Positions 1-11,789 of a DNA stretch of 64,000 nucleotides are shown here, one piece after another (the stretch's first letter is position 1; every line of letters starts with the position of its first letter). Origin of the DNA: an uncultured delta proteobacterium (GTDB lineage: Bacteria > Myxococcota_A > Polyangia > Fen-1088). Where the stretch lies: positions 32,001 to 96,000 of the forward strand of contig CAVTRY010000006.1 of assembly GCA_963737265.1 (NCBI GenBank), given 5' to 3'. The translations under genes and the position numbers were made by a program. The notes under the pieces are model-generated. The model had not been told where the DNA came from and did no database searches. It saw only the letters and a program-made list of their open reading frames with translations.

Positions 1-930
1 GCCCAGGTCACAAGCGAGCTGCGTGCCCGGGACATCACCTTCATCCCCGCCTTCTACCTTGGCGACGACGATTTCTGGACCGCCGACCGAGCCACCAGCG
101 TGAACGTTCCCTGGTACCTCGCCAACGCCTTGCTTTGGCAGCTGGTCAACGACCACCTGTTCGAGTACACGCGCGAGGAGGTCGTGATGTATCTGCGGCA
201 CGAGACCGGCCACGCTGTCAACTACGCCTTCGAGCTTTGGAAGCGCAAAGACTGGACGCAGACCTTCGGTGAGTTTCGCCGGCCCTACCGCGACGTCTAC
301 AGCCCTAATCCGTGGAGCCGCGAGTACGTTCGTTACCTTCATCGCGCCGGCATGTACCACTACGCACAGAAACACCCTGACGAGGACTTCGCCGAGACTT
401 TCGCCGTGTGGCTAGATCCCTCGTCGCGCTGGCGGCGGCGCTACCGCGACTGGCAAGTCGCGCTGGCCAAACTGGAGTATCTCGAACGGGTCGTGGACCT
501 CGAAGGCGTATGCCGGGGCTCGCCGTCCAACCATCGTCTCGGCCAGCGCGTGCTTTACAGCGAGATCAGGGAAACCGTCGCCGACTATTTCGACATCGAG
601 CACGCGGTAGATCCGGACCTGGCGGAGTACCGCCGCGATCTGCTCGAAATCTTCCCGCGTCGTTCCGAGCGAACGCGCGGCGCACAGAGCGGTCTCTCGG
701 CGGCACGCTTCATCCAGCAATACCAGCCCATGCTGATCGACAAGCTGGGCAGCTGGATAGGAAAGTCCGACCGCCGCGTGATTGGCCGCTTCCTTCGCCA
801 GCTGCAGGCGCTTTGTACCTACGAGCACCTGGTGGTTCCCGAGAACCAACGCAGCGAGCGGCTGGTTGACCTCACGATCGTCGCCACCTGGCACGTGCTC
901 GACGGTATCCACCGGCTGAGCGAGAAATAG
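1..930 (+). CDS. Putative zinc-binding metallopeptidase, 5'-partial
   Basis: Frame is open from base 1; HExxH motif (RHETGH) and HPDEDFAETFAVWL motif typical of this family. Confidence 0.75.
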   Translation, partial: AQVTSELRARDITFIPAFYLGDDDFWTADRATSVNVPWYLANALLWQLVNDHLFEYTREEVVMYLRHETGHAVNYAFELWKRKDWTQTFGEFRRPYRDVYSPNPWSREYVRYLHRAGMYHYAQKHPDEDFAETFAVWLDPSSRWRRRYRDWQVALAKLEYLERVVDLEGVCRGSPSNHRLGQRVLYSEIRETVADYFDIEHAVDPDLAEYRRDLLEIFPRRSERTRGAQSGLSAARFIQQYQPMLIDKLGSWIGKSDRRVIGRFLRQLQALCTYEHLVVPENQRSERLVDLTIVATWHVLDGIHRLSEK

Positions 931-979
931 CCTTCCTCGCTCTCGGCACTCGCCAGACCGAACGGCCGCGCCAGCTATC

Positions 980-1228
980 TTATTCGACCGTAAGACCCAC
1001 TTGGATGATCTTGCGCAAGACATCCGCCCCGATGCGCGGAGTTCGCTTTTCCTCCTCGAAGATGATCTGTGCCAGCGTCTGCGCGGTGAGATCCGCGCTG
1101 CTAACATAATCAGTCACCTGCACGTCGTCGCCCTTGCGGACAAAGCCAGCGACATCGGCCAGAGTCACGTAGTGACGCTCGGTCGTGTCGTAGAGTTTTC
1201 GATTTGAGTAGCGTTTGATGATACGCAT
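980..1228 (-). CDS. PhaR-type polyhydroxyalkanoate synthesis regulator DNA-binding domain protein
   Basis: N-terminal IIKRYSNRKLYDT..YVTL and D.TAQTL.QII.EEE signature; 82 aa. Confidence 0.85.
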   Translation of the reverse strand: MRIIKRYSNRKLYDTTERHYVTLADVAGFVRKGDDVQVTDYVSSADLTAQTLAQIIFEEEKRTPRIGADVLRKIIQVGLTVE

Positions 1229-1415
1229 GGTCCCCTAAGAATGACACGCGTCGGCGAGTTGACAAGTTTGTCTTCGCGCGGGGGCGCAAGCGGGCCGAAA
1301 AGCTAAACCCAATCGGCCGCCGTCATCATCTTATGGAGGCAGCCTGGACCACAACCGCGCAAAACTGCAGCCCATCTTCACGACCTAGACAGTCCTCTTT
1401 TCGGAGCCCGCTCTC

Positions 1416-2864
<1,449 letters not shown>

Positions 2865-2868
2865 CTCG

Positions 2869-3648
2869 ATGGCATTACTGTCTATCAAGAACCTGCATGT
2901 GGAAGCGGCCGGCAAGCCGATTCTGCGCGGCCTCAGCCTCGATGTGCAGGCGGGCGAAGTGCACGCGGTCATGGGCCCCAATGGCTCGGGCAAGAGCACG
3001 TTGGCCAATGTGCTCGCTGGCCGCGACGGCTATGTCGTCACGGCCGGCGAAGTCCTCTATCAGGACAAGAACCTGCTTACGCTCGCGCCCGAGGAGCGGG
3101 CGCGCGAGGGGATCTTCCTCGGCTTTCAATATCCCGTGGAAATCCCGGGCGTGGCCAATACCTATTTTCTGCGCGCCGCCCTCAATGCGGTCAGGAAATA
3201 CCGTGGCGAAGAACAACTGGACGCGATGGATTTCTTGGCGCTGGTTAAGCAGAAGGCCAAGAACCTGGGACTTGACCCCGGCTTGCTCGGGCGACCTGTG
3301 AATGAAGGTTTCTCGGGCGGCGAAAAGAAGCGCAACGAGATTCTGCAAATGTCGCTGCTTGAACCACGCCTGGCGGTGCTCGACGAAACCGATTCGGGTC
3401 TCGACATCGATGCCTTGCGCGAGGTCGCGAACGCCGTCCAGGCGCTTCGGCACCCCACGCGCGCCATGGTGGTCATAACCCATCACCAACGCCTGCTCGA
3501 CTATCTGATTCCCGATCGCGTGCACGTGCTTTCGGGCGGCACCATCGTCACCTCGGGCGACAAGACGCTCGCCACCGAGCTGGAGCAGCGCGGTTATGGC
3601 TGGGCCGCCGCGCAGCCGGAGGCACCAGAACCGGGACAGGCCGCATGA
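2869..3648 (+). CDS. sufC: Fe-S cluster assembly ATPase SufC
   Basis: Walker A GPNGSGKST, FQYPVEIPGV, NEGFSGGEKKRNEILQ, LDETDSGLDID. Confidence 0.97.
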   Translation: MALLSIKNLHVEAAGKPILRGLSLDVQAGEVHAVMGPNGSGKSTLANVLAGRDGYVVTAGEVLYQDKNLLTLAPEERAREGIFLGFQYPVEIPGVANTYFLRAALNAVRKYRGEEQLDAMDFLALVKQKAKNLGLDPGLLGRPVNEGFSGGEKKRNEILQMSLLEPRLAVLDETDSGLDIDALREVANAVQALRHPTRAMVVITHHQRLLDYLIPDRVHVLSGGTIVTSGDKTLATELEQRGYGWAAAQPEAPEPGQAA

Positions 3649-5009
3649 ACATGGGACTTCCAACGGAAATGCGCGACGCCTACGCGGCCGAGTTCGCGAA
3701 CGCTCTGGCACGCAGCGCGGGACTGCCATCTTGGCTGGCCGGTGCGCGCAAGACCGCATTCGACGCTTTCGTTGAGCAGGGGTGGCCGACCACCAAGCAG
3801 GAAGACTGGCGTTTAACCGATGTCACGCCCATCACGCGTCTTGCTCTTCTGCCACCGCCGGCGACGCAGCCCGAGCTCAGCACAGACGCTTTCGATTCAA
3901 AGCTAGTCAATCTTGGCAGCGGGCGGGGTCATCGCCTGGTATTTGTCGACGGCCGATACCAGGCCGGATTCTCGACCTGGCAGGCCCTTCCGCGTGATGT
4001 GCGGGTAACGCCGTTGTCGTCTATTGTTGCCGGGGTTGCCGGGGCTGCTGGCGACGCGAAGCCGCTGCGCGACGTCCTAGGTAGCCAACTTGGCAGTCAA
4101 AACGCATTCGTAGCCCTCAGCACGGCCTTCATGACCGATGGGGCGCTGGTTCACATTCCGGCGGGTATCAGCGTCGAATTGCCCATCTACTTGGTTTTTC
4201 TTTCTTCCGGCCAGGAAGCGACCAGTTTTCCTCGCACCGTGGTGTTGGCTGGCGAGAACAGTCAAGCCACCGTCGTCGAGGTTCACCTCGGTGCCGCGGC
4301 CTCCGCGACGCTGTCGAATGCCGTCACGGAAATCGTGCTTGAACCTCACGCCCGCCTTGCCCACCACAGTATCCAGAAGATGTCGCCCGCGGGGTTTCAC
4401 GTCGGCCATGTCGCCGTCACCCAACAGGCCGACAGCGCGTTCTCGGGCCACAGCCTGTTTCTCGACGGCCGCATCGTCCGCAACGACGTTCGCGCGCTGC
4501 TGTCGGCAGAGCGCTGTGCTTGCAATCTCGATGGGCTGTATCTCGCTGGCGGCACCAGCCACGTCGACAACCACACCACCATCGACCACCGCATGCCCAA
4601 GTCGACCAGTCGCGAGTCGTACCGGGGTGTGGTCGACGGACGCAGCAGCGCCGTGTTCAACGGTCGCATCATCGTCCGGCCGGGCGCGCAGCAAACCGAC
4701 GCACGCCAGACCAGCCGGAATCTGATTCTCGCCGACGGTGCCATGGTGCACACCAAGCCGCATCTCGAGATCTTCGCCAACGACGTCAAGTGCGCTCACG
4801 GCGCGACCATCGGCCGCCTCGATGAGGAATCCCTGTTCTACCTGCGCTCGCGTGGCATCGGCCTGCGCGAGGCAAATCAGATCCTCATCGGTGCCTTCAT
4901 GCGAGAAGGGCTCGAACGCGTCACCTTTGCGCCCCTGCTCCATGAGCTCGAAGCAATCCTCGCCAGTCGAATCGACGACATGACCAGCGTCGCGGGAGTA
5001 TCCACGTGA
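3645..5009 (+). CDS. sufD: Fe-S cluster assembly protein SufD
   Basis: PTTKQEDWR, VFNGRIIV, KPHLEIFANDVKCAHGATIG, LFYLRSRGI; ATGA overlap with sufC. Confidence 0.95.
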   Translation: MNMGLPTEMRDAYAAEFANALARSAGLPSWLAGARKTAFDAFVEQGWPTTKQEDWRLTDVTPITRLALLPPPATQPELSTDAFDSKLVNLGSGRGHRLVFVDGRYQAGFSTWQALPRDVRVTPLSSIVAGVAGAAGDAKPLRDVLGSQLGSQNAFVALSTAFMTDGALVHIPAGISVELPIYLVFLSSGQEATSFPRTVVLAGENSQATVVEVHLGAAASATLSNAVTEIVLEPHARLAHHSIQKMSPAGFHVGHVAVTQQADSAFSGHSLFLDGRIVRNDVRALLSAERCACNLDGLYLAGGTSHVDNHTTIDHRMPKSTSRESYRGVVDGRSSAVFNGRIIVRPGAQQTDARQTSRNLILADGAMVHTKPHLEIFANDVKCAHGATIGRLDEESLFYLRSRGIGLREANQILIGAFMREGLERVTFAPLLHELEAILASRIDDMTSVAGVST

Positions 5010-6277
5010 TGGCCACCAAGTCGATGAGCGGCTCGAATCACCCTGCCCTGTCGAACAACCTCGACGTGGAGCGCGTGCGCAGGGACTTTCCTGCGCTCGC
5101 ACAGAAGATCCACGGGCATCCCCTGGTCTATCTCGACAATGCGGCCACGACACAGAAGCCGTCGGTCGTTCTCGATCGCATTCGTCGCAGCTACATCGAG
5201 GAATGCGCCAACATCCACCGCGGTGTCTATCAACTGAGCGAACGCGCGACCGCCGCCCACGAGGCCGCGCGCGAAAAGGTTCGCCAGTTCATCGGCGCCG
5301 AGATGAGCAGCGAGATCGTCTTCGTGCGCGGAGCGACCGAGGGGGTGAACCTGGTGGCGCAAAGCTACGGCCGCGCGCACGTCGGCGCCGGCGACGAAAT
5401 CCTCATCACCGCCATGGAGCACCATTCGAACCTCGTGCCGTGGCAGATGCTTTGCCACGAACGGGGCGCGCATCTGAAAGTCGCTCCCATCGACGACAAC
5501 GGCGATGTCATCCTGGCCGAGTACGAAAAGCTCCTCGGCGCCCGCACCAAGCTGGTCGCCTTCACCCATGTTTCGAACGCCTTCGGCACTGTCAATCCGG
5601 TGCAAACCATGACCGAGGCCGCCCACCGACATGGCGCCGTGGTTTTGCTCGACGCCGCGCAAGCCGCGCCACACTGCGAGCTCGATGTGAAAGAGCTTGG
5701 CTGCGATTTCCTGGTCTTCTCCGGTCACAAGATCTACGGCCCGACCGGCATAGGCGTGCTTTACGGCAAGCAAGCCTTGCTGGAAGAAATGCCGCCCTGG
5801 CAAGGTGGCGGCGACATGATCCTTTCGGTGACGTTCGAGAAGACAACGTATGCCGCCGTGCCGGCGAAATTCGAAGCCGGAACGCCCGACATCAGTGGCG
5901 CCATCGGCCTCGGCGCGGCCATCGACTACGTTCGATCCTTCGGCATGGCCGCGATCGAACGCTACGAGGCAGAGTTGATTCGGTACACCGAAACCTCGCT
6001 GGCGAAGCTACCGGGCGTGCGGCTCATCGGACGCCCGAAGCGCCGCGCGGCCGCGGTCTCGTTCATGCTTGACGACATTCATCCCCACGACGTGGGCACG
6101 GTTCTCGATCGGTATGGGATCGCCATTCGCGCCGGCCACCACTGCGCCCAGCCCGCCATGAAACGCATGGGCGTTCCCGGCACCGCGCGCGTCTCGGTAG
6201 CCTTCTACAACAAGAGCGACGAAATCGATTATGTGGTTTCCTGCCTCGAGGAAACCCGGAAAATTTTCCGTTCATGA
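5006..6277 (+). CDS. sufS: Cysteine desulfurase SufS
   Basis: YLDNAATTQKP, EHHSNLVPW, FSGHK (PLP lysine), RAGHHCAQP. Confidence 0.96.
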   Translation: MMATKSMSGSNHPALSNNLDVERVRRDFPALAQKIHGHPLVYLDNAATTQKPSVVLDRIRRSYIEECANIHRGVYQLSERATAAHEAAREKVRQFIGAEMSSEIVFVRGATEGVNLVAQSYGRAHVGAGDEILITAMEHHSNLVPWQMLCHERGAHLKVAPIDDNGDVILAEYEKLLGARTKLVAFTHVSNAFGTVNPVQTMTEAAHRHGAVVLLDAAQAAPHCELDVKELGCDFLVFSGHKIYGPTGIGVLYGKQALLEEMPPWQGGGDMILSVTFEKTTYAAVPAKFEAGTPDISGAIGLGAAIDYVRSFGMAAIERYEAELIRYTETSLAKLPGVRLIGRPKRRAAAVSFMLDDIHPHDVGTVLDRYGIAIRAGHHCAQPAMKRMGVPGTARVSVAFYNKSDEIDYVVSCLEETRKIFRS

Positions 6278-6759
6278 ACGACCTTGAAGATCTTTATCAG
6301 GAAGTCATTCTCGACCATCAGCGCAACCCGCGTAACTTTGCCCTGTTGCCCACCGCCAATCGCCACGCCGAAGGGCTCAACCCCCTGTGCGGCGACCATG
6401 TGACGGTTTATTTGGACGTGCAAGACGGCATCATTCGCAACATCAGCTTTCAGGGCGACGGTTGTGCTATCGCCAAGGCGTCGGCATCCATGATGACCTC
6501 GGTGGTGAAGGGAAAAACCTTGGCCGAGGCATCCGAGACCTTCAAGCGCTTTCACCAGATGGTGATGGGCGAAGACCCGTGTTTCGATTTGGAATCCGTG
6601 GGCAAGCTCGCCGCGTTTTCGGGCGTAAGCGCGTTCCCGGTGCGGGTCAAGTGTGCCAGCCTAGCTTGGCACACGCTGAATGCGGCCATGAATACACCGG
6701 CGGCGGGCGGCGGCGCTCCGGCGGCTGTGACGGAGAGAGGCAAAGGAGACGCGAAGTGA
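6274..6759 (+). CDS. sufU: SUF system NifU-family sulfur transfer protein SufU
   Basis: LYQEVILDH, NPLCGD, GCAIAKASAS, RVKCA. Confidence 0.93.
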   Translation: MNDLEDLYQEVILDHQRNPRNFALLPTANRHAEGLNPLCGDHVTVYLDVQDGIIRNISFQGDGCAIAKASASMMTSVVKGKTLAEASETFKRFHQMVMGEDPCFDLESVGKLAAFSGVSAFPVRVKCASLAWHTLNAAMNTPAAGGGAPAAVTERGKGDAK

Positions 6760-7136
6760 CCGCCAGCGCGGAAGAGCAGCCTGCCTCCGGCGAGACTCCA
6801 ACCTCGCCGACTGGCGAGGCACTTTCGCCGCTCGATCGCCTGGTTTGGCAGGAACTGCGTGAATGTTATGACCCCGAGATTCCGGTCAACATCGTCGATT
6901 TGGGCCTGGTTTATGCGATGAAATCCGAGGCGCTTCCCGAAGGCGGGCACCGGGTTGAAGTCCTCATGACCGTGACTTCTCCGGCGTGCGGTATGTCGGA
7001 AATCCTGCGCACCGAGGCCGAGGAGCGCATCCGCAAGTTGCCCGACGTCCGCCAGGTCGAGGTCGCGATTACATTCGATCCGCCGTGGACACCTGAGCTC
7101 ATGACCGAAGACGCCCGGCTGCTGCTGAATATGTAG
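6756..7136 (+). CDS. sufT: SufT/DUF59 metal-sulfur cluster assembly factor
   Basis: YDPEIPVNIVDLGLVY, MTVTSPACGM, FDPPWT; GTG start overlaps the sufU stop (GTGA). Confidence 0.88.
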   Translation: MTASAEEQPASGETPTSPTGEALSPLDRLVWQELRECYDPEIPVNIVDLGLVYAMKSEALPEGGHRVEVLMTVTSPACGMSEILRTEAEERIRKLPDVRQVEVAITFDPPWTPELMTEDARLLLNM

Positions 7137-7212
7137 ACTCAACACGGGGGGCGCCGCCCCCGATTCTCTGTGGCGAAATTCGTCGCGGTTGCCCTATAAA
7201 CACCGCAACTAG

Positions 7213-7650
7213 ATGAGCTTCGTTGCTACTGCCCTCCTCGTCACGGTTTTGGCCGCGCCCACAAGCCAGGTCGGCGGGCTTGCGCCCATGCCGCCCGAGG
7301 CGGGACTCTCGGCCGCGCCGACCGCCCCTCCACCGCTACCTCATCGCTTTTTCGATCGGGAAAACGTGCTGCTCTTTACTGGCGTGGCCGCGGGGCGGGC
7401 GTTCGACTATGTGTCTACCCGCCGCTTTCGCGACAAACACCTCAAAGAGTGGCTGCTCGACGACAAGACCGTCGACAACAAGCCCTTGTTCATTTCCATC
7501 GAAGTGGCCGCGACGGCGCTTTCCGTCGCCGCGTCGTACGCCCTTCACCAAACCGGCCATCACCGCTTAGAACGCTGGACTTCCATTCTCCACATTGCCT
7601 TCGCAACCGGCGGATCGATCTGGAACTGCACTCTGCCGAACGGCTTGTAA
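7213..7650 (+). CDS. Hypothetical exported/membrane protein
   Basis: Signal-like N-terminus, Pro-rich linker, hydrophobic C-terminal segments; fills the gap between sufT and the GH8 gene. Confidence 0.65.
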   Translation: MSFVATALLVTVLAAPTSQVGGLAPMPPEAGLSAAPTAPPPLPHRFFDRENVLLFTGVAAGRAFDYVSTRRFRDKHLKEWLLDDKTVDNKPLFISIEVAATALSVAASYALHQTGHHRLERWTSILHIAFATGGSIWNCTLPNGL

Positions 7651-7675
7651 GCAAGGCGCTGTTCCAGCGCTACAC

Positions 7676-10600
7676 CTACTTGACCGGCGCCACTGTGGTC
7701 GGGTTCGGGAAGTTTCCGCTTAGGAACAACATCGAGTACACGCCGAGGGATTCCTGGAAATAGCGGTCGTTTTCGACCGTGGTGGAAACCGCCTCTTCAA
7801 TGGCTTCCCGCCGGATGTCGCTGGTCGTGGCATTGCCGTCGTTAAACAAACTGACGTAGTTACACATGGCCGTGTTGACCGTGTAGGAATTGTGACCGTA
7901 GGCTGGGTCGCAGTTGGTAATCGTGCCGTCGCCATGGAGTCGGTCGCAGATTGACGAGAAGCGATTGGCATTCGCCTCGACCGGATTGTTCTTGTAGAAG
8001 TTGTTGAAGAACTCCTGGGTGTTGTCGATCTTCGCTTGAATGCGCGACTTCGGGCTGTAGTGGGGCGAAGAGCTCGCCGTGTTCTCGGGTAGGGTGGCGT
8101 TGTTGCCGAACCAAGCGCCATCGATCCCAACGCGCCAGAGCGAGCGCAGCCCCTCGTAGGTCCCGACATCGACCGAGGCGCATGGCTTGGCCACATTTCC
8201 GTAGTCGCCCATCAAACCCGGATTGAGCCCCGGCTGGTCGTAGCACATCTCGATCATCTGGTAGACAGTCTCGGAGGTCTTGTACCAGAAATCGCGATGG
8301 GTCTGGCCGTTCGCCGCCTGCTGCGTGGCCCCCAACTGGGAAGACAAGAAATCGCCAAACACCCTGAAATAGCCCGGCGGGTAGTAGTCCATGAAAACCT
8401 GGCTGGGTTGTCCCGCAGCGTAGGAGCAGGGTTGGCCGGGGTAGTTCTGGCAATTCTTGTCCGCGGTGTCGCCCATTGACGGGTAGTTCCACTTGCCATC
8501 GTATTTGGTGTTGATCTCGCACTCCATCTTCGTCAGCCAACCGACGGCTGCCGGAGCGTACTCGGGCCACTGCAAAGCCGCGTACACCAGACCGATACCG
8601 ATGTCCACGTCGCCGTCGAAGGCGCTGTCCTCGTTACCCGAGCAAGCCTCCACGTCGATGTTGCATGCCGAATCGAGCTGTCGGCACGCCGTGCCGCCAT
8701 CCCACATCCAGCCCATCAGGCCGCCGCAGTACTTCTTCGACGACTGCGACAGGAAGTGCCGCACGAAGTTCCACAAGGCATCGAAGGTTGGCTTGTCGCC
8801 GATGGCGGCCGAAATGGCCATGCCGTAGCCTTGGCCTTCGCTTACAGTCTTGGGCGGATCGGTCTGAACGCGCGCCGTTCCAGGTCCACACACCGTGTCC
8901 GTCGTCGTAACGTAATTGTCCCTCCAGAGAAGGTAGCGCTCAAAGGTGAAAGCATTGAGAAGATCCTGAACGGTGGCCGGGTTGGGGTAGATATAGGCAA
9001 GCGAGGCGCCGTAGGGATACTTGTACTCCGTGCCTTTGTACGGGAACCAGCCCCCGTAGGGGAAGCCCACTGTCACCGGCGTCGCGGGCGGCTTGGGCGC
9101 GCACATGCTGTCGTTCCACACGCCGGTGGCCGACCAGTCGCCGTTCGTTCCGTCAGGATAGTAGTCGAAGAACTTGAAGTTGTCCGGCGGGGCCGTCCTG
9201 GGGATATCCGGCTTGCCGTAATACCAACGCAGCCAGTAGTCCTTGGCCACGGTCGGGAAGGGCCTGGGCGCGACCGTGTTCCACTCCGGACTGTGCAGCT
9301 TGTCCACCGCACGCCAAGTCGTCCCGGCGACGAAAAGTGAATCGGGAACCGGACAATCGAACCACGGACGATCTTGTTCGCGCCAACAGATCACCTTGGT
9401 GGCGGTCGTTCCGTTGACTTCCATTTCAATCCACTTGGGCATGAGCTCGGGCTTGGGGAAGAAGGTGAAGGTCTTCTGGCCGGCCCAAATGTAGCGGAAG
9501 TGCACCGAGTGATAGCCCGTCGGCTGCGGCGGGCTGCACGGATCGACGGCGGCGACGCTGCCGCCACCGCAACCCTGGTAACCGGGACCCGGGTTCGCCG
9601 TGTAGACGAAATAACTGTTCGGCTGCAGCGACCAGTCCATGCACTTGGTCGCGGAGGCAACGGTGTTGTCGGGCGCGCCGGCGTAGCCTATCCAATACTC
9701 GTTGGCCGTCCGCGGCGGCAAGGCGATGTTGTTGGTGAACAGCCCCTTCGACTCGTCCGGATAGCGGAACACGATGGAGGGCTCGGTACCGCTGGCCGGC
9801 CAAACGGAATTGGGAATGAGCACGTAGTACCAGGGACACACTCCGTCCTGGAATTCGAGGTTCGCCGTCATTTCGCAACCGCTGAGCCCAGTGACCTTGA
9901 GGCTGCTCGGATAGGGCGGCGGAGTGAAGCCGAGCTTGGTCGCGACATCAAGCGGGCAGGCGGAGCCGGCATAATTCGTTTGCGGATTCGTCGGGTCGTT
10001 CCACGGCCAGCGGAAGTGCACCTTGGTGTATCCGCTGGGAGGCGTCTCGTCTGGCGCCGTACCGATCTTGCATGCTAGGGCGGCAAGCGTGCTGCTGTCG
10101 GACGTGACGTGGAACTTGCCGCTGCCGATGGGCACGTTGGGATATTGGCCATAGTCGCCCTTCAGCGACGTGCTCGGACCGGTGTATTCGATCCAAAACT
10201 CCTTGCTCTTGTTCACCGATGTGATGTCGAAGAAGCCCGAGGAGCTGTCCGCCGGGCACGCGCTTGAGCCAATGGCCTGGATCTGGATGCTGGTGATGGT
10301 GTTTGGAATGCAAACCGAATAATAGGTGCAGGGGGGATTGCCGTTGATGTCGGTGGTCCCGTCGAGACGGGCGCCGTACTTCTGGTAGCCGTTCGCCGGA
10401 TCGATCACGATGACCCCAAGCGGGGGATTGGTCATGGTGTTCATGGTCGGGGTCACGCCCGAAGACCACAGGTCGCGCACGTGGACCCGCACTTGCCCGG
10501 CTGGGCAGACGAGGTTCTCGGTGGGCGGCGGCGGTGGAGGCGGCGGAGGCGCGTCCGGAATCGCAACCGTGGCGGCATCGGTCGGGCTTGGCGGGGACCG

Positions 10601-10858
10601 GACGGCGGGAACATCAGAGCCTCCAGCGTCGGGGAGTGGTCCAAGCTGGACCGGCTGGCCAAAGGGGCTGGACGTGGGTAGCCCTGCGTCGGAAAGAGTT
10701 ACCGGCGGTGGCGGCACAAACGTCGGAGGGTCGGTGACGCCAACCGATCCAGACTGGACATTCGACAGCAGGAGGTGCGAGTTGCAGCTTACGAGCGCTC
10801 CAACCAGGGCCACGGCTGCCAGTCCAAGACGCAAATATTTCCACGCGTTTGAATTCAT
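7676..10858 (-). CDS. Large secreted lipoprotein with C-terminal glycoside hydrolase family 8 domain and three N-terminal repeat modules
   Basis: Lipobox-like LVSC; TVSEGQGYGM and SAFDGDVDI GH8 motifs; LMGW; Pro-rich linker; start chosen at MNSNAW. Confidence 0.85.
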   Translation of the reverse strand: MNSNAWKYLRLGLAAVALVGALVSCNSHLLLSNVQSGSVGVTDPPTFVPPPPVTLSDAGLPTSSPFGQPVQLGPLPDAGGSDVPAVRSPPSPTDAATVAIPDAPPPPPPPPPTENLVCPAGQVRVHVRDLWSSGVTPTMNTMTNPPLGVIVIDPANGYQKYGARLDGTTDINGNPPCTYYSVCIPNTITSIQIQAIGSSACPADSSSGFFDITSVNKSKEFWIEYTGPSTSLKGDYGQYPNVPIGSGKFHVTSDSSTLAALACKIGTAPDETPPSGYTKVHFRWPWNDPTNPQTNYAGSACPLDVATKLGFTPPPYPSSLKVTGLSGCEMTANLEFQDGVCPWYYVLIPNSVWPASGTEPSIVFRYPDESKGLFTNNIALPPRTANEYWIGYAGAPDNTVASATKCMDWSLQPNSYFVYTANPGPGYQGCGGGSVAAVDPCSPPQPTGYHSVHFRYIWAGQKTFTFFPKPELMPKWIEMEVNGTTATKVICWREQDRPWFDCPVPDSLFVAGTTWRAVDKLHSPEWNTVAPRPFPTVAKDYWLRWYYGKPDIPRTAPPDNFKFFDYYPDGTNGDWSATGVWNDSMCAPKPPATPVTVGFPYGGWFPYKGTEYKYPYGASLAYIYPNPATVQDLLNAFTFERYLLWRDNYVTTTDTVCGPGTARVQTDPPKTVSEGQGYGMAISAAIGDKPTFDALWNFVRHFLSQSSKKYCGGLMGWMWDGGTACRQLDSACNIDVEACSGNEDSAFDGDVDIGIGLVYAALQWPEYAPAAVGWLTKMECEINTKYDGKWNYPSMGDTADKNCQNYPGQPCSYAAGQPSQVFMDYYPPGYFRVFGDFLSSQLGATQQAANGQTHRDFWYKTSETVYQMIEMCYDQPGLNPGLMGDYGNVAKPCASVDVGTYEGLRSLWRVGIDGAWFGNNATLPENTASSSPHYSPKSRIQAKIDNTQEFFNNFYKNNPVEANANRFSSICDRLHGDGTITNCDPAYGHNSYTVNTAMCNYVSLFNDGNATTSDIRREAIEEAVSTTVENDRYFQESLGVYSMLFLSGNFPNPTTVAPVK

Positions 10859-11032
10859 GAGGCCCATCCAACATAGAGGACGTGAGAGCGATGGCGACTG
10901 GGGACGGTCGGCGGATCTTGAGGATGTTACCACACGGTCCGGCGACCAAGCATTGTGTGGTCGCAATCCCACGTTATGCTACCTCGTCATGGTCAGTGTC
11001 TTCCCTGTGGATCCATCGGGTAAACTAGCCGC

Positions 11033-11785
11033 GTGAAGCTCATTTCATGGAACGTCAACGGGCTGCGCTCGGTCTTGCGCAAGAACTTCCTCGACTACCT
11101 GGCAAGCGAAGAGCCAGATGTCCTTTCTCTTCAAGAAACCAAGTGCCAACCTGAAGACGTGGACCAGGTTTGGCCGACGCCCTACTCCGCCTTCTGGAAC
11201 GCGGCCCACAAGAAGGGCTACGCCGGTACAGCGATCCTCACCAAGACAGCCCCACTTAGCGTCGTTCCTCACATCGACATCGCCGAGCACGATCGGGAGG
11301 GCCGCGTCCTGACTGCGGAATTCGTCGACTTCTTCCTGGTCAATGTCTACGTCCCGAACTCCAAGCGCGACCTCAGCCGGTTGCCCTATCGCCAGAAGTG
11401 GGATCGCGATTTTCTTGCCTACCTCAAACGCCTGGAGAAGAAGAAGCCCGTCGTCTTCTGCGGCGACCTCAATGTGGCCCACACCGAGATCGATCTGACT
11501 CATCCCAAAGCCAACGTCCACAACCATGGCTTTACGCCTGAAGAGCGCACCGGATTCGACGCCTTCGTGGGCGCCAACTTCCTCGACACGTATCGCGAAT
11601 TCGACGAGACCGGCGGTCATTACACCTGGTGGCGTCCCATGGGCGATGCCCGTGCGCGCAACATCGGTTGGCGGCTCGACTATTTTCTAATCAGTGCCGC
11701 CCTTCGTCCTCGGCTCAAACGGGCCTTCATCCAAAGCGATGTCCTCGGCTCCGACCACTGCCCGGTGGGGATCGAGATCGAGTAG
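11033..11785 (+). CDS. xth: Exodeoxyribonuclease III
   Basis: SWNVNGLR, LQETK, GDLNVAH, GWRLDYF, SDHCP. Confidence 0.95.
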   Translation: MKLISWNVNGLRSVLRKNFLDYLASEEPDVLSLQETKCQPEDVDQVWPTPYSAFWNAAHKKGYAGTAILTKTAPLSVVPHIDIAEHDREGRVLTAEFVDFFLVNVYVPNSKRDLSRLPYRQKWDRDFLAYLKRLEKKKPVVFCGDLNVAHTEIDLTHPKANVHNHGFTPEERTGFDAFVGANFLDTYREFDETGGHYTWWRPMGDARARNIGWRLDYFLISAALRPRLKRAFIQSDVLGSDHCPVGIEIE

Positions 11786-11789
11786 GCGA

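Noticed and set aside
1259-1272. ttgaca and a gacaa-gt-ttgtc palindrome upstream of sufB
   Set aside because: No properly spaced -10 element; a 5-bp arm can occur by chance
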